Shown here one piece after another: positions 30,973-42,294 of a DNA stretch of 64,000 nucleotides. How positions within the stretch are numbered: position 1 is the first letter of the stretch; the number at the start of each line of letters is the position of its first letter. The notes beneath the pieces were generated by a model, which was not told the origin of the DNA, did no database searches, and saw nothing but the letters and a program-made list of their open reading frames with translations. Source of the stretch: Rhodospirillales bacterium (GTDB lineage: Bacteria > Pseudomonadota > Alphaproteobacteria > UBA828); NCBI GenBank assembly GCA_028818565.1, contig JAPPNV010000176.1, forward strand, positions 6,382 to 70,381, in the 5' to 3' direction. The translations under genes and the position numbers were made by a program.

Positions 30973-31011
30973 CGGCGCGGACCGGGGACACCCCTCGCGG
31001 GGTCGGCGAGC

Positions 31012-31752
31012 ATGGAAATCTCCGCCATCGGCATCGTTTCGGTCTTCGCCGCGGGGCTGATCTCCTTCCTCTCACCCTGCGTGCTGCCGCTGGTGCCGGG
31101 GTACGTCTCCTACGTCGCCGGCGGCTCGCTGGAGGAGCTGCGGGACGAGGAGGGTCTCTCCCGCCGACGTATGGCCGCGCTGATGCTGAGCGCGTTCTTC
31201 GTCCTCGGCTTTACTGCGGTCTTCGTGGCGCTCGGCGCGAGCGCCAGCGCCGTGGGCGGTTTCCTGCTCCAGCACAAGACGATCTTCGAGTATGCCGCGG
31301 GCGGGCTGATCATCGTCTTCGGCATTTACCTCACGGGCCTGATCAGGATCCCGTTCTTCGGGCGCGAGGCGCGCTTTGCCGGTCGTCTCGCGGGCGGCAG
31401 GCCGGCGAGCGCGTTCCTGCTGGGCGCCGCCTTCGCCTTCGGTTGGACACCCTGCATCGGGCCGGTCCTGGGCGGCATCCTCACGCTTACCGCCACCTCC
31501 GCCGATGTCGGCCGCGGCGTCGCCCTGCTGGCAGTCTATTCGCTGGGGCTCGGGGTCCCGTTCCTGATCGCGGCCGCGTTCACCGGCTTCTTCCTCCGCC
31601 ACATGCGGCGCATCCGCAAGGTCAGCAGGCCGCTGCAGATCGGCGCCGGCGTCATCATGGTGGCGATGGGGGTCGCGCTGATTACCGGCTACCTCAGCTC
31701 GGTCGCCTTCTGGCTTCTCGAAGCCTTCCCCGGTCTGGCCGCCATCGGGTAA
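31012..31752 (+). CDS. ccdA: cytochrome c-type biogenesis protein CcdA (DsbD-like thiol-disulfide transporter)
   Basis: LSPCVLPLVPGY and FGWTPCIGPVLGG carry the conserved Cys pairs. 6 TM helices. Confidence 0.85.
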   Translation: MEISAIGIVSVFAAGLISFLSPCVLPLVPGYVSYVAGGSLEELRDEEGLSRRRMAALMLSAFFVLGFTAVFVALGASASAVGGFLLQHKTIFEYAAGGLIIVFGIYLTGLIRIPFFGREARFAGRLAGGRPASAFLLGAAFAFGWTPCIGPVLGGILTLTATSADVGRGVALLAVYSLGLGVPFLIAAAFTGFFLRHMRRIRKVSRPLQIGAGVIMVAMGVALITGYLSSVAFWLLEAFPGLAAIG

Positions 31753-31767
31753 TCCGGAATACCGGCG

Positions 31768-31818
31768 CGCGTCCGTCCTTGACGGGCGCGCGACAGGCCG
31801 GCTGCCGTGAGCGATAAA
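31768..31818 (+). repeat. REP-like intergenic palindromic repeat, copy 3
   Basis: GCGCGCGTCCGTCCTTGACGGGCGCGCGACAGGCCGGCTGCCGTGAGCGATAAAG. Confidence 0.65.
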
Positions 31819-31831
31819 GTGGGCGAGTGTG

Positions 31832-32245
31832 TCAGGACCGGGTGCCGCCGCGCAGCAGGTCGCGAAGCGTGCAGAGCTCGTCGAGAACTTGGGCGGCGCG
31901 GGCGCGGTCTTCCGGAGCGAGAGGGCTTTCCGCCTCGATCTGATCGGGTACCAATGGTGGGGCGCCCGGTCTCGAGGCCCGCTCGCGCAGCAGCTTCTGC
32001 ACGCCGCGAACGGTGTACCCCTCGGCATGAAGCAGGTGCCTGATGTGGCGCAGCAGCGCCACATCCTCGGGCCGGTAGTAGCGGCGCCCGCCGCCCCGCT
32101 TGAGCGGCCTGACCTGCGGGAACTTGGTCTCCCAAAAGCGCAGGACGTGCTGCGGCACGCCGAGCTCCTCCGAGACCTCGCCGATGGTGCGGAATGCGTC
32201 CGGCGATTTCGGAATGCCCGCGCCCGCAGGCTCGGCGCCCTGCAT
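31832..32245 (-). CDS. MerR family transcriptional regulator
   Basis: HTH block [25 protein letters not shown]. The gene order matches the conserved ihfA-merR arrangement in alphaproteobacteria. Confidence 0.8.
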   Translation of the reverse strand: MQGAEPAGAGIPKSPDAFRTIGEVSEELGVPQHVLRFWETKFPQVRPLKRGGGRRYYRPEDVALLRHIRHLLHAEGYTVRGVQKLLRERASRPGAPPLVPDQIEAESPLAPEDRARAAQVLDELCTLRDLLRGGTRS

Positions 32246-32248
32246 CTC

Positions 32249-32617
32249 TTAGGAAGAGGCCGGCCCGCCGGGCCGTTCGCTATCCAGCACCGTCTCCACG
32301 CCCTCGCCCTCCTCGACGGGCGCGAGAGCGTCGTTGATGAGGTCCTTCAGCACGTGGGAGGCGCGAAATACCAGCACACGGCGCGGCAGGATGGGAACCT
32401 CCTCGCCTGTCTTGGGATTGCGGCCGATACGCTGACCCTTCATCCGCGCACTGAAGCTGCCAAAGGACGAAATCTTCACCGGCTCGCCGCGGGCGAGCGC
32501 GTCGGCGATCAGGCCGAGGACGGATTCAACCAGATCCGCCGATTCCTTGCGTGATAGGCCGATTTCGCGGAAGACAGCCTCGGCGAGATCGGCGCGGGTG
32601 ACCGTTTGCCCGGCCAT
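32249..32617 (-). CDS. ihfA: integration host factor subunit alpha
   Basis: [31 protein letters not shown] and [12 protein letters not shown] are the IHF/HU signature. Confidence 0.9.
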   Translation of the reverse strand: MAGQTVTRADLAEAVFREIGLSRKESADLVESVLGLIADALARGEPVKISSFGSFSARMKGQRIGRNPKTGEEVPILPRRVLVFRASHVLKDLINDALAPVEEGEGVETVLDSERPGGPASS

Positions 32618-32743
32618 TGTCTCCCGCCCCCCTTTATGTCCGCACCACGGTACTGCCTTGGCGCCGGACCGTCAACCTTCGCGCGCAGGCCGGGCCAAGA
32701 CCCATGCGCAATTGTTGGCCCGGTACAGCGCTTTAGCCCGCAA

Positions 32744-32770
32744 TTCTCACCACGGTCATGGTCTGCGCGG
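32744..32770 (+). repeat. 27-nt dispersed repeat TCACCACGGTCATGGTSTGCGCGGCGC, copy A
   Basis: 26 of 27 positions identical to the copy at 40470-40496. Confidence 0.6.
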
Positions 32771-33028
32771 CGCTGTCCGGCCCACAGAGCAGGAAAGCCG
32801 CGTAGCGCGTCGCGCGGGTACGCGCGCCTTCGGCGCGACGTGGTGCATCGGGTGAGCGGGTTGACGCACTCTGTGGGTCGGAGAGCGCCGCCCTTCGGGT
32901 CGCGTCCAGGTGCTCGCCCGCGTCGTCGCGGGCCTCAACCGTATTCCCCGATACGCTTTTCGGCCCGCTCCTAGCGGATCGAACACCTGGGCACGACGCA
33001 GGCCGTGACCCTGGTGAGAAATGCGGGC

Positions 33029-34000
33029 TTAGAGGCGAATGACGCCGGCACCCCAGACCAGCCCGCCGCCGATTCCCTCGACAACCAGCAGATCGCCCGG
33101 CTGGATCCGCCCGTCGTCGATCCCGGCCTTGAGCGCGAGCGGGATGGAGGCGGATGAGGTATTGGCGTGGCGGTCCACGGTCACGATGGTCTTTTCTGCC
33201 GCAATTCCGAGCTTCTTCCTGGTCGCGTCGATGATCCGGCGGTTCGCCTGGTGAGGGACAAGCCAGTCGACCTCGTCGGCGCCGACACCAGCGGCCTCCA
33301 ACGCTTCGCCCGCGATCTCCGCCAGATTGGCCACGGCGTGGCGGAAGACCTCGCGCCCCTGCATTCTCAAGTAACCGGCGGTCTGGGTAGAAGAGACACC
33401 GCCGTCCACATAGAGCGCCTGGTAATGGCGCCCGTCGGAGCGCATGCGGACCGCGAGCACGCCCCGGTCAGCCGTGGTCCCGGTGCCGGTATCCGCGCGC
33501 AGCACGGCCGCGCCTGCGCCGTCACCGAAAAGCACGCAGGTCTGCCGGTCGTCCCAATCCAGGATGCGCGAATAGGTTTCGGCGCCCACGATGAGCGCCG
33601 TGTCGGCCGCGCCGCTCCGGACCATGCTGTCGGCCACCGAGAGCGCGCAGACGAAACCCGCGCACACGGCCTGGACATCGAAGGCAATGCCGCCGGTCAT
33701 GCCGAGCCTGGCCTGCACCTTGGTGGCGGTGGCGGGGAACGTGTTGTCGGGCGTGGAGGTCGCCAGCACCAGCAGATCGAGCGAGGCCGCGTCGACGCCC
33801 GCCTCTTCCAGCGCCCGTTGGCTCGCCGCACAGGCGAGATCCGAAGTCAGCTGGTCATCGGCGGCGACGTGACGCTGCCTGATGCCGGTGCGGGTCTTGA
33901 TCCACTCGTCGCTGGTGTCGATGCGCGTGCTGAGCTCGTCGTTGCTGAGCACGCGCTCGGGGAGGTAGGCGCCGCAGCCGACCAGCCGGGAGCGGCGCAT
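33029..34000 (-). CDS. fabH: 3-oxoacyl-ACP synthase III
   Basis: [16 protein letters not shown] with the catalytic Cys context [12 protein letters not shown]. Confidence 0.9.
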   Translation of the reverse strand: MRRSRLVGCGAYLPERVLSNDELSTRIDTSDEWIKTRTGIRQRHVAADDQLTSDLACAASQRALEEAGVDAASLDLLVLATSTPDNTFPATATKVQARLGMTGGIAFDVQAVCAGFVCALSVADSMVRSGAADTALIVGAETYSRILDWDDRQTCVLFGDGAGAAVLRADTGTGTTADRGVLAVRMRSDGRHYQALYVDGGVSSTQTAGYLRMQGREVFRHAVANLAEIAGEALEAAGVGADEVDWLVPHQANRRIIDATRKKLGIAAEKTIVTVDRHANTSSASIPLALKAGIDDGRIQPGDLLVVEGIGGGLVWGAGVIRL

Positions 34001-34002
34001 GG

Positions 34003-35055
34003 CTAAAGTGCGGCCCTTTTCGGCTCCGGCAGGGCGGCAAGCTGAAGACGCGACAGCTCATCGATGATCTTGGGATTGATCCCTTCGCTCACCATGTCGA
34101 AGGCGACGCCGATGGCGTTGGCAAAGCCCTTGTGATCGGTGCCGCCGTGGCTCTTCACCACGACCCCGTTGACGCCCAGGAACATGGCGCCGTTGTAGGC
34201 GCGGGGGTCGACCCGCTCCCGGAGCAGGCGAAGTGCCGGCCGCGCCAGCAGATAGCCGAGCCGCGAGAACAGCGAGCGCCTGAACGCGCTCTTCAGATAC
34301 TCGGTATAGAGCCGCGCCGTGCCCTCCGCCGACTTCAGCGCGATGTTGCCGGCGAATCCGTCGGTGGCGATCACGTCGACCGTGCCGGCGGCGATGTCGT
34401 CGGCCTCGACGAAGCCGTGGAATTTAATGGGCAAGCCGGAATCCCGGAGCGTCGCGGCCGCCGTGCGGATGGTCTCCGAGCCCTTGAGCTCCTCGGTGCC
34501 GATGTTGAGCAGGCCCACCGTGGGCTCTCGCACACCCAGAACGTTGCGCGCGAAGACCTCGCCCATCACGGCAAACTGCGCGAGCGTTGCCGAATCGCAG
34601 TCGATGTTGGCGCCGAGGTCGAGCATCACGCTCTCGCCCCGCACCGTGGGGAAGACCGACCCCATTGCGGGCCGCCCGATCCCCGGCAGGGTCTTGAGCG
34701 TGACCTTGGCGAGCGCCATGAGTGCGCCGGTGTTGCCCGCCGAGACCACGCCGTCCGCCGCGTTTTCTCCCACGGCGTCGATGGCGAGCCGCATGCTCGA
34801 TCCCCGGCGCTGGCGCAGCACCTGAACGGGCCCATCGTCGTCGGCGATCACCTCTTCGGCATGGTGGACGGTGCTGACCGCTTTCAGGCGCTTGAATTTT
34901 GTCATGCCCGCAGTAATGGCGTCTTTCTTGCCGAAGAACATGAAGCGGAGGTGCGGATACCGCACGCGGGCGATGTTGGCGCCCCTGATCACCACGTCGG
35001 GAGCGCCGTCGCCACCCATTGCATCGAGGGCGATCACGATCTCCGATTTGCTCAT
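34003..35055 (-). CDS. plsX: phosphate acyltransferase PlsX
   Basis: [12 protein letters not shown] and [12 protein letters not shown] motifs. Confidence 0.9.
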   Translation of the reverse strand: MSKSEIVIALDAMGGDGAPDVVIRGANIARVRYPHLRFMFFGKKDAITAGMTKFKRLKAVSTVHHAEEVIADDDGPVQVLRQRRGSSMRLAIDAVGENAADGVVSAGNTGALMALAKVTLKTLPGIGRPAMGSVFPTVRGESVMLDLGANIDCDSATLAQFAVMGEVFARNVLGVREPTVGLLNIGTEELKGSETIRTAAATLRDSGLPIKFHGFVEADDIAAGTVDVIATDGFAGNIALKSAEGTARLYTEYLKSAFRRSLFSRLGYLLARPALRLLRERVDPRAYNGAMFLGVNGVVVKSHGGTDHKGFANAIGVAFDMVSEGINPKIIDELSRLQLAALPEPKRAAL

Positions 35056-35086
35056 CCGCGGGCCTTCGTGTCGGCCTGGTGTGGGG

Positions 35087-35266
35087 CTAGGTCTCGCCCT
35101 CGATCACCTCGCGGCCCCTGTAGTAGCCGCAGGCCCGACACACGTGGTGGGGCAGCTTGTGCTCGCCGCAATTGGGACATTCCGTCGGGTTGGCCTTGGC
35201 CAGCGCGTCGTGGGAACGACGGTTGCCGCGGCGGGCGCGGGACACTTTCTTCTTCGGGACGGCCAT
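35087..35266 (-). CDS. rpmF: 50S ribosomal protein L32
   Basis: Translated by hand: [59 protein letters not shown]. At 59 aa it is too short to appear in the ORF track. Confidence 0.85.
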   Translation of the reverse strand: MAVPKKKVSRARRGNRRSHDALAKANPTECPNCGEHKLPHHVCRACGYYRGREVIEGET

Positions 35267-35360
35267 GGACAGGTTCTCATCGCTTGACTGTGCCGGCGCT
35301 GCACCATCGCTTCAACGGCAGCGCACCAATCGCGCCGGCACTACACAATAGAGTCGCACA

Positions 35361-35933
35361 TTACAACTTGCTTTTCAGTTGGCCAAGCGCCGCGAAGGGT
35401 CCGGCGTCGGAATCGCTGTCGTGAGTGCCCTCCTCGGCGTCGCCTTCGCCCTCTGCGTAGGTGAGTGGCCCAGCCGGCGCATCCGGGTGGCGCGGATAGG
35501 GGTCCAGGATGAGGGCAAGATGTTCCACCACCACCGCGCCCGCATCGATTCCGTCGGCGGGCAGCGGTTCGGCCTCTTCGCCCTCCGGCAACACCTCGAC
35601 CTCATGCTCTGCCTGCTCGGCGGGCGCTGGTGCGTAGAGGGCGGAGACAGGCTCGCTCACCGAACACGGCACGGGCTCGAGCGTCACGACGCAACGTTGA
35701 ACCAGCCGCGCATCGATCGTCCCGCTCACACAAATAGCGCCGTCGGGCTGGTCGGCTGGCGCGAAGCGCAGCTCCGCCGTTAGCGCTTCCAACGACAGCA
35801 GGTCCAGGCGGCGCGCGAGCGCCTCCCTCTCCGTCTCGCCGGCCTCGAACGCGAGAGTGAGGCCGGAGCGGCCCACCTGGTCCGCCGTGACCAGGCGCCG
35901 GTCTCCGGTGCCGGCAGACCCCGCGGCGCTCAC
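35361..35933 (-). CDS. YceD/DUF177 family protein (large ribosomal subunit accumulation protein)
   Basis: C-terminal acidic DUF177 block with CxxC...C. GTG start at 35933 overlaps the upstream stop. Sits in the conserved position upstream of rpmF-plsX. Confidence 0.7.
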   Translation of the reverse strand: MSAAGSAGTGDRRLVTADQVGRSGLTLAFEAGETEREALARRLDLLSLEALTAELRFAPADQPDGAICVSGTIDARLVQRCVVTLEPVPCSVSEPVSALYAPAPAEQAEHEVEVLPEGEEAEPLPADGIDAGAVVVEHLALILDPYPRHPDAPAGPLTYAEGEGDAEEGTHDSDSDAGPFAALGQLKSKL

Positions 35934-36520
35934 TGGCCGCCCTCCGCAGCAGTCGCGAGCGGAGGCGCCGGGGGCAGCTCGACCGCACCACCGAGCAGCG
36001 CCTCTGCGCTTTGGCCATCGAGTGCATCCAGAATCGTCTCGACATAGTGCGCCATCGCCTGCAGGCGGGCATCGGGCGGCGGCGCATTGTTGTAGACGTT
36101 GCGCTCCAGCGCCTCGGCGATGGCGCTGCGCCGTTCCGTCCCCGGCGCCTGATCGAAGGCATCGTCGTAGGCCTTGGCCCGCCCATAGAAGGCGCGCGCC
36201 ATCTGTTTCACCCGCTTGCCGACACGCAGGTCGCCGACGCCCATCTCCCGCAGGCTCTGATCCATGTCGTCGAACATCACGTCGAAAAGCGCCTGACTCA
36301 TCTGCCGGCCAGGCTCGCCGCACTGGCGCAGCCTGCGCATCAAGGGCACCACGTGCAGGACGATGAGGTCGAAACGGCCGTCGAGCGTGTCCGCAACGCC
36401 GCCCTCGGTGTAGAGGATGGGAACACGCGCCTGGCGCACGGCAGCCGTGTAGAGACGGCGGGCCGCCTCGCGCCGGCGTCGGCGCCCCTTCAGATGGCGC
36501 CAGATACGCCCGACCGCCAT
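35930..36520 (-). CDS. ubiquinol-cytochrome c chaperone (Cbp3-like) family protein
   Basis: 196 aa with LYTAAVRQARVPILYTEGGVADTLDGRFDLIVLHVV, typical of the UbiquinolcytC chaperone family. Confidence 0.65.
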   Translation of the reverse strand: MAVGRIWRHLKGRRRRREAARRLYTAAVRQARVPILYTEGGVADTLDGRFDLIVLHVVPLMRRLRQCGEPGRQMSQALFDVMFDDMDQSLREMGVGDLRVGKRVKQMARAFYGRAKAYDDAFDQAPGTERRSAIAEALERNVYNNAPPPDARLQAMAHYVETILDALDGQSAEALLGGAVELPPAPPLATAAEGGQ

Positions 36521-36678
36521 GACGGCCCGTTCTGCCCTGGCCCGCGCGCGCCGTTGACACGCTCCGACAACGCGCGCAGGTTGGCGTCGCTTAGCGAATG
36601 GAGGCGATGACCATGGGGCTTCGGCGCGGCCACGCTGAATTCCTCCCGACGCACGGGCGAAGCCGGCGCGTCCGGCGC

Positions 36679-37104
36679 ATGGCGTTTGGCTGCGCGCTGG
36701 CGGCGGCGCTGCTGGCCGGCTGCACGCCGCAGGTTCACCAGCAAGGCCATGTCAGCGATCCCGAAGCCTTGGCCGAGATCAAGCCCGGCGTGCAGACCCG
36801 CGAGGAGGTCGCGCGCCTGCTGGGCACGCCGTCGGCGATGGGAACTTTCGACGACCGGAACTGGTACTACATCAGCCGCCGTACGGAGACGGAGGCCTTC
36901 AACGCGCCCGAGTTGGTGGATCAAAGCGTCGTCGTGATCGCCTTCGACGAGAATGGCGTCGTGGCCGAGGTCGCGTCGGTTTCGACCGACGAAGCGCGCG
37001 CGGTCGTGCCGGTCGACGAGGAGACCGCGACGCGCGGCCGCGAGCTCGGCCTGCTGGAGCAGCTTTTCGGCAACATCGGCCGGCCGACCGCACCCAGACA
37101 GTAG
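36679..37104 (+). CDS. bamE: outer membrane protein assembly factor BamE (SmpA/OmlA lipoprotein)
   Basis: Lipobox LLAGC after ATG 36679. EVARLLGTPS...FDDRNWYYI is SmpA-like. Confidence 0.75.
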   Translation: MAFGCALAAALLAGCTPQVHQQGHVSDPEALAEIKPGVQTREEVARLLGTPSAMGTFDDRNWYYISRRTETEAFNAPELVDQSVVVIAFDENGVVAEVASVSTDEARAVVPVDEETATRGRELGLLEQLFGNIGRPTAPRQ

Positions 37105-37145
37105 GGCGGCTCCTCCCTTCGTTCTCCCTCCCGCGCTGCGGCGCA

Positions 37146-39239
37146 TCAACCGGAAACGAATTTCGCGATGATGGCCAGCAGCAAGATCGCCACGATGTTG
37201 GTGATCTTGATCATCGGGTTGATCGCGGGCCCGGCGGTGTCCTTGTAGGGATCGCCCACGGTGTCGCCGGTGACCGCCGCCTTGTGGCTCTCCGAGCCCT
37301 TGCCGCCGTGGTTGCCGTCCTCGATGTACTTCTTGGCATTGTCCCACGCACCGCCGCCGGCAGTCATGGCAATGGCGAGGAAGAGCCCAGTCACGATCGT
37401 GCCCACCAGGGCCGCCCCAAGCGCCGAGAAGCCCGCCGACTGGCCGGCGATCGCCCAGATCACGATATAGAGAAGGATCGGCGCCAGGATCGGCAGCAGC
37501 GAGGGCAGAATCATCTCGCGGATGGCCGCCTTGGTGAGCAGATCGACCGCGCGGCCATATTCCGGCTTGCCGGTCCCCTCCATGATGCCCGGGATCTCCC
37601 TGAACTGCCGGCGCACCTCGAGCACCACGGCGCCTGCGGCACGCCCCACCGCGAGCATCGCCATGGAGCCGAAGAGGAAGGGCAGGAGGCCGCCGAAGAA
37701 GAGGCCGACGACGACGTATGGATTGCTCAGGGAGAAGTCGAGCTCGACCCCCGGGAAGTATCGCACCACGTCTTCGGTATAGGCGGCGAAGAGCACAAGC
37801 GCAGCGAGGCCGGCGGAAGCGATGGCATAGCCCTTGGTCACCGCCTTGGTGGTGTTGCCGACCGCGTCCAGCGCGTCGGTGGTCTTGCGCACGTCCTCGT
37901 CGAGCTCCGCCATCTCGGCGATGCCGCCGGCGTTGTCGGTCACCGGGCCGTAGGCATCGAGTGCCACCACCATGCCGGCGAGCGCCAGCATCGCCGTCAC
38001 CGCAATCGCGATGCCGAAGAGGCCGGCGGCGAGAAAGGCGAGGATGATCCCGGCCGAGATGATGATCGCGGGAATCGCCGTCGCCTGCATGGAGACCGCG
38101 AGCCCCTGGATGATGTTGGTGGCATCGCCCGTGGTCGATGCCTTGGCAATGCCGCGCACCGGCCCGAACTCGGTCGACGTGTAGTATTCGGTGACCCAGA
38201 TCATCAGGCCGGTCACCACCAGCCCGATCAGCCCGCAGAGGAAGAGGTCGAGGCCCGAAGCCGTCACGCCGCTGACGGTGAACTCGGTATTCCAGCCGAC
38301 CACCCAATCGGTGATCGGATAGAACGCGACGGCAGAGAGCACCGCCGAGACCAGGAAGCCGCGATAGAGCGCCGGCATGATCTTCTGGCTCTTGCCGAGG
38401 CGGACGAAGAAGGTGCCGATCACCGACGCCAGGATGCAGGCGCCCCCGATCGCCAGCGGATAGAGCATGAGCGATTGCTGCAATTCTCCGGTGAAGAACA
38501 CCGCCGCCAGCAGCATGGTGGCGACGATGGTGACGGCGTAGGTCTCGAAGAGGTCGGCCGCCATGCCGGCACAATCGCCCACGTTATCGCCCACGTTGTC
38601 CGCGATCACGGCCGGGTTGCGCGGGTCGTCCTCGGGGATGCCGGCTTCCACCTTGCCCACCAGGTCGGCGCCGACGTCGGCGCCCTTGGTGAAGATGCCG
38701 CCGCCCAGCCGCGCGAAGATCGAGATCAGCGAGCCGCCGAAGCCGAGCGCCACCAGGGCCTCCAGCATCGTCTTGATCTCGACGTCGGCGATCAGAAGGA
38801 TCGCGTAATAGACCGCGACGCCGAGCAGGCCGAGACCCACCACCAGCAGGCCGGTGATGGCGCCGGAGCGGAAGGCGACGCCGAGCGCCGGCTTGAGGCC
38901 GCCGGTTCTGGCCGCATCGGCGGTCCGCACGTTTGCCCTGACCGAGACATGCATGCCGATGTAGCCGGCCGCGCCGGAAAGAACCGCGCCGATGAGGAAG
39001 CCGATGCCCACCAGATAGCCGAGCAGCCCGGTCAGAATGCCGAACAGCACCAGGCCGACCAGGCCGATGGTTATGTATTGGCGGTTGAGGTAGGCCCGCG
39101 CGCCTTCCTGCACGGCACCGGCGATTTCCTGCATGCGCTCGGTGCCGGCGCTCGCACTCAAGACCGACCGGGTGGCGTAGAGACCATAGGCGAGCGCGAC
39201 CAGTCCGCTGGCCACGGCAAACCAAAGGATTGCTGACAT
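37146..39239 (-). CDS. hppA: membrane-bound H+-translocating pyrophosphatase
   Basis: 697 aa starting [22 protein letters not shown], with [19 protein letters not shown] and DNVGDNVGD motifs. The 1111-aa ORF in the track is an upstream-extended artefact. Confidence 0.9.
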   Translation of the reverse strand: MSAILWFAVASGLVALAYGLYATRSVLSASAGTERMQEIAGAVQEGARAYLNRQYITIGLVGLVLFGILTGLLGYLVGIGFLIGAVLSGAAGYIGMHVSVRANVRTADAARTGGLKPALGVAFRSGAITGLLVVGLGLLGVAVYYAILLIADVEIKTMLEALVALGFGGSLISIFARLGGGIFTKGADVGADLVGKVEAGIPEDDPRNPAVIADNVGDNVGDCAGMAADLFETYAVTIVATMLLAAVFFTGELQQSLMLYPLAIGGACILASVIGTFFVRLGKSQKIMPALYRGFLVSAVLSAVAFYPITDWVVGWNTEFTVSGVTASGLDLFLCGLIGLVVTGLMIWVTEYYTSTEFGPVRGIAKASTTGDATNIIQGLAVSMQATAIPAIIISAGIILAFLAAGLFGIAIAVTAMLALAGMVVALDAYGPVTDNAGGIAEMAELDEDVRKTTDALDAVGNTTKAVTKGYAIASAGLAALVLFAAYTEDVVRYFPGVELDFSLSNPYVVVGLFFGGLLPFLFGSMAMLAVGRAAGAVVLEVRRQFREIPGIMEGTGKPEYGRAVDLLTKAAIREMILPSLLPILAPILLYIVIWAIAGQSAGFSALGAALVGTIVTGLFLAIAMTAGGGAWDNAKKYIEDGNHGGKGSESHKAAVTGDTVGDPYKDTAGPAINPMIKITNIVAILLLAIIAKFVSG

Positions 39240-39602
39240 GGTGGCAACCTCGTTGAGCGATGGGGAGAAAGGCGCTTGTGCACGCGGGTGCGCGCGCCGG
39301 GGCGGCCCCGCCGGCGCGCCGGAAAATAGAAGAAGAGTGCGGCGAGCGCAACCTGAGTGGCGCAGACGCGTCCCCTGGTGGCGTACGGACCGGAGCACAT
39401 GGTGGGCCGGGCCGCAAAGCGGCCGGGAGCGCGCGACCGCGCGCCGCGCCGAATGGCGCGTAGTGTCGCGCGTCCACGCGCGCGGAGCGCACGATCGAGC
39501 GGAGCGAGCGCCCGGCGATTGAGGGATTCGAATAAGCCCCGGGCTGGTACAGCCCGGGCCCGCTGGTATAGTGCGCGCGCTTTCTGACCGGGGAGAGGAC
39601 GA

Positions 39603-40457
39603 ATGAAGCTGTTGCGTGTTGGCGAGGCGGGCGCAGAGCGGCCGGCCGTAATGCTGGATGACGGAACCATCATCGACGTATCGAGCGCGGTCGGCGAGAT
39701 CGACGGCGCCTGGCTCGACGGCGGCGGCGTGGACCGGCTGGCAGGGACCTTGTCCGAAGGCACGGATCGCTTCCCCCGCGTTGAGGCCGGCACACGGATC
39801 GGCCCGCCCGTCGCGCGGCCCGGCCACCTCATCGCCATCGGACTCAACTTCGCCGACCACGCCAGGGAGGCGGGGATGGATATTCCGACGGAGCCGGTGG
39901 TCTTCTCCAAGGCGCCAAGCTCCTACAGCGGGCCGGACGACGACGTGCTGATCCCGCGCGGCAGCACGAAGACCGACTGGGAAGTCGAGCTCGGCGTTGT
40001 GATCGGCCGCACCTGCGAGTATCTGCCCGACGAGGCGGCGGCACTCGAGCATGTTGCCGGGTACTGCATCTGCAACGATGTCTCCGAGCGCGACTTCCAG
40101 CTCCAGCGCGGCCCCACCTGGATCAAGGGCAAGTCGGCCCGGACCTTCTGCCCGACCGGGCCGTGGCTGGTGACGCCCGACGAGATCCCCGATCCGCAGA
40201 GCCTCGCCATGTCGCTCACGGTGAACGGTGAAGTGCGCCAGACCGGCAGCACGGCCACGATGATCTTCGGCGTTGCCCACCTCGTGCACTATCTCAGCCA
40301 GTTCATGGTGCTTGATGCGGGCGATTTGATCTCGACCGGCACGCCGCCCGGCGTCGGCATGGGCATGAAGCCGCCGGTCTACCTCGAGCCCGGCGACGTA
40401 ATGGAGCTCGAGGTCGAGGGCCTCGGCCGCCAACGCCAGACGCTCCGACAGGCCTGA
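39603..40457 (+). CDS. fumarylacetoacetate hydrolase (FAH) family protein
   Basis: 284 aa. [12 protein letters not shown]...[11 protein letters not shown]...NDVSERD is the FAH fold. Confidence 0.85.
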   Translation: MKLLRVGEAGAERPAVMLDDGTIIDVSSAVGEIDGAWLDGGGVDRLAGTLSEGTDRFPRVEAGTRIGPPVARPGHLIAIGLNFADHAREAGMDIPTEPVVFSKAPSSYSGPDDDVLIPRGSTKTDWEVELGVVIGRTCEYLPDEAAALEHVAGYCICNDVSERDFQLQRGPTWIKGKSARTFCPTGPWLVTPDEIPDPQSLAMSLTVNGEVRQTGSTATMIFGVAHLVHYLSQFMVLDAGDLISTGTPPGVGMGMKPPVYLEPGDVMELEVEGLGRQRQTLRQA

Positions 40458-40469
40458 CCCACACTTCAT

Positions 40470-40496
40470 CACCACGGTCATGGTGTGCGCGGCGCC
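40470..40496 (+). repeat. 27-nt dispersed repeat, copy B
   Basis: Lies between the FAH-gene stop and the rpmJ promoter. Matches 32744-32770. Confidence 0.6.
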
Positions 40497-40553
40497 GATT
40501 GACAGGGGCGAAGGCGCTCCCTATGGTGCGCCGCCTTGCCCGGAGAGGATTAG

Positions 40554-40679
40554 ATGAAGGTCTTCAACTCGCTGCGTGCCGCCAAGAAGCGCCACAAGGA
40601 CTGCCAGATCGTGCGGCGCAAGGGGCGCGTGCTGGTCATCAACAAGCGCAACCCGCGCTTCAAGGCGCGCCAGGGCTGA
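40554..40679 (+). CDS. rpmJ: 50S ribosomal protein L36 (alphaproteobacterial 41-aa type)
   Basis: Translated by hand: [51 protein letters not shown] upstream, and a TTGACA-N17-TATGGT promoter nearby. Confidence 0.8.
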   Translation: MKVFNSLRAAKKRHKDCQIVRRKGRVLVINKRNPRFKARQG

Positions 40680-40803
40680 TCTCGCCCGGTCGTTTCAGCC
40701 GATCCTGCACGGCGCCGCCTCGCATTGACGGACGGCGCAAGCCCACTGACAATCTGCCACGCTCACAAGGGAGGGTTCCCACCGGGCCCCGAAAGGTGCT
40801 GCC

Positions 40804-42294
40804 GTGATCGCCATGCCTGAGCCCGACGCGGGCGTGATCAGCCAGCGGCAGTCCCTGGTCGCGGCGTTGCGCAAGTTGCTGCCCGAGTACTGCGTGATCG
40901 ATGACGAGCGCGGGCTGCGCCCGTTCGAGTGCGACGGGCTCAGCGCCTACCGGTCGCTGCCGATGGTCGTCGTGCTGCCGCGCGACACGCGGGAAGTCAG
41001 CCGCGTGCTCGCGCTCTGCCACGAGCGCGGCGTCAAGATCGTGCCGCGCGGCGCCGGCACCGGGCTTTCCGGCGGCGCGTTGCCGCTCGCCGACGGGGTC
41101 ACCGTGGGCTTCGGCAAGCTTAACCGTATCCTCGAGATCGACACCGCCAACCGCTGCGCCATAGTTCAGCCCGGGGTCGCCAATCTTGCCATCAGCACGG
41201 CGGCGAGCCCCTACGGCTTCTACTATGCGCCGGACCCCTCCAGTCAGCTTGCCTGCTCGATCGGCGGCAACGTCGCGGAAAATTCCGGCGGCGTGCACTG
41301 CCTCAAGTACGGGCTCACCACCAACAACCTGCTCGGCGTCGAGATGGTGCTGATGGACGGCGAGGTGCTGCGGCTCGGCGGCAAGCAGTTCGATGCCGAG
41401 GGCTACGACCTTCTCGGCGTGGTGACCGGCTCCGAGGGGCTGCTCGGCGTCGTCACCGAGGTGACGGTGCGCATTCTCCCCAAGCCCTCCACGGCGCGTG
41501 CGCTCCTGCTCGGCTTTCCGGACAACGCGTCGGCCGGCGCCTGCGTGGGCGAGATCATCGCCGCCGGCATCATCCCGGCCGGCCTGGAAATGATGGATAA
41601 ACCCGCGATCCATGCGGCGGAGGCCTTCTGCCAGGCCGGCTACCCCTTGGATGTCGAGGCGATCCTCATCTGCGAGCTGGACGGGCCCGAGGTCGAGGTC
41701 GACGAGCTCGTCGCGCTCGTCGGCGACCTCGCCCGCAAGTCGGGGGCGACGACGATCCGCTCGAGCACGAGCGAGGAGGAGCGCGAGCGCTTCTGGCTCG
41801 GCCGCAAGTCGGCCTTCGGCGCTGCCGGCCGCATGGCACCCGACTATTACGTGATGGACGGCACGATTCCGCGTGCGCGCCTGCCCGAGGTGCTGACCCG
41901 GATCGGCGAGCTTTCCCGCGAATACGACCTGCCGGTCGCCAATGTCTTCCATGCGGGCGACGGCAACCTCCACCCGCTGATCATGTACGACTCCAGCATC
42001 CCCGGCGCCCTCCAGCGCACCGAGGAGATGGGGTCGGAGATTCTCAAGCTCTGTGTCGAGGTAGGCGGCGTGCTCACGGGCGAGCACGGCGTCGGCGTCG
42101 AGAAGCGCGACCTGATGGGCACGATGTTCACCGAGGACGATCTCAAGCAGCAGCAACGGATCAAGTGCGCCTTCGATCCCGATCAGCTGCTCAACCCCGG
42201 AAAGGTCTTCCCGACGCTTCACCGCTGCGCCGAGCTCGGCCAGATGCACGTGCACCGCGGCGAGACGGCCTTCCCCGACCTGCCCCGCTTCTGA
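40804..42294 (+). CDS. glcD: glycolate oxidase subunit GlcD (FAD-linked oxidase)
   Basis: FAD-binding PCMH domain followed by a C-terminal GlcD-like region. Confidence 0.9.
   Translation: MIAMPEPDAGVISQRQSLVAALRKLLPEYCVIDDERGLRPFECDGLSAYRSLPMVVVLPRDTREVSRVLALCHERGVKIVPRGAGTGLSGGALPLADGVTVGFGKLNRILEIDTANRCAIVQPGVANLAISTAASPYGFYYAPDPSSQLACSIGGNVAENSGGVHCLKYGLTTNNLLGVEMVLMDGEVLRLGGKQFDAEGYDLLGVVTGSEGLLGVVTEVTVRILPKPSTARALLLGFPDNASAGACVGEIIAAGIIPAGLEMMDKPAIHAAEAFCQAGYPLDVEAILICELDGPEVEVDELVALVGDLARKSGATTIRSSTSEEERERFWLGRKSAFGAAGRMAPDYYVMDGTIPRARLPEVLTRIGELSREYDLPVANVFHAGDGNLHPLIMYDSSIPGALQRTEEMGSEILKLCVEVGGVLTGEHGVGVEKRDLMGTMFTEDDLKQQQRIKCAFDPDQLLNPGKVFPTLHRCAELGQMHVHRGETAFPDLPRF

Noticed and set aside
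37146-40481. 1111-aa ORF containing hppA
   Set aside because: The upstream ~410 aa are low-complexity, GC-skewed translation. The true H+-PPase starts at MSAILWF (39239), preceded by a plausible promoter.
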